Virus record (IMG/VR): IMGVR_UViG_3300043313_001192
Location: 89,598 to 153,597 of that record
Length of the DNA stretch: 64,000 bases
Strand: one strand, 5' to 3'
DNA from: a virus
Lineage: Duplodnaviria > Heunggongvirae > Uroviricota > Caudoviricetes
The notes below the pieces were generated by a model that was not told the origin of the DNA, searched no databases, and saw nothing but the letters and a program-made list of their open reading frames with translations. Position numbers and translations under genes: made by a program. This document shows positions 63,757-64,000 of this stretch, one piece after another. Position 1 is the stretch's first letter. Each line of letters begins with the position of its first letter.

Positions 63757-63992
63757 CAGAGCGTCACGGTGTAGGTGCAGATCGCTCCGTGGAAGCCGCC
63801 CGAGGCGGGGATCGGGTCGACGTTGACGATCACGCCGGTCAGGAACGGGTCGAAGTAGGCAGCCAGATCGAGCATGATCTCCATGTCGATCACCGGGTGG
63901 ATCGAAGCCAGCTCGATCGCCTCACCGGAGGGGGGCTTGCCGCGGTTGTCCAGGGTCGGCACGCAGCGCACCACCTCGACGGTGAAGGTCAA
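63756..63992 (-). CDS. small head-tail adaptor-like protein (78 aa)
   Basis: ATGA overlap with the downstream gene; position upstream of the tail genes. Confidence 0.3.
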   Translation of the reverse strand: MTFTVEVVRCVPTLDNRGKPPSGEAIELASIHPVIDMEIMLDLAAYFDPFLTGVIVNVDPIPASGGFHGAICTYTVTL

Positions 63993-64000
63993 CCCGCGCG

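Overview
High-GC (~67%) DNA with the organisation of a tailed actinobacteriophage (siphovirus-like) genome or prophage. Almost every real gene lies on the minus strand, packed tightly with ATGA/GTGA start-stop overlaps. Long plus-strand ORFs in the track are antisense artefacts of high-GC codon usage. Reading the minus strand from 64000 down to 1: head-tail connector genes (63992-63337); three odd acidic/low-complexity genes where a major tail protein would be expected (63281-60615); tail assembly chaperones with a -1 frameshift (60447-59654); a 1979-aa tape measure protein carrying SLT-like and M23 peptidase motifs (59638-53699); minor tail proteins (53702-48911); a ~12 kb polysaccharide and cell-envelope island (48764-35828) with a PIG-L deacetylase, WbqC-like protein, NDP-sugar 6-dehydrogenase, membrane-anchored NodB deacetylase, processive GT2 synthase (QxxRW), LamG-like proteins, a PKD-NodB-LysM protein, a beta-jelly-roll protein and two tandem lysyl-oxidase-like lipoproteins flanking a tRNA-like element; family-A DNA polymerase with 3'-5' exonuclease (35779-33968); a RuvC-like resolvase; an SPFH/lipoprotein/membrane trio; many small genes; a lysis cassette (24820-23376); a ~1 kb non-coding array of tRNA-like modules directly upstream of a Ro60/TROVE-vWA gene (22103-20436); a GT1 glycosyltransferase; the only plus-strand gene (a secreted protein behind a near-consensus sigma70 promoter, 17284-17858); an SNF2 helicase; Cas4-like and EEP nucleases; an RyR-domain protein; an AAA_24/Sak4-like ATPase; an SSB-like protein; and a large collagen-like tandem-repeat fibre gene (2622-1) that runs off the window start. 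No integrase, CRISPR array or rRNA was seen. All domain calls come from motifs read by eye, with no database search.
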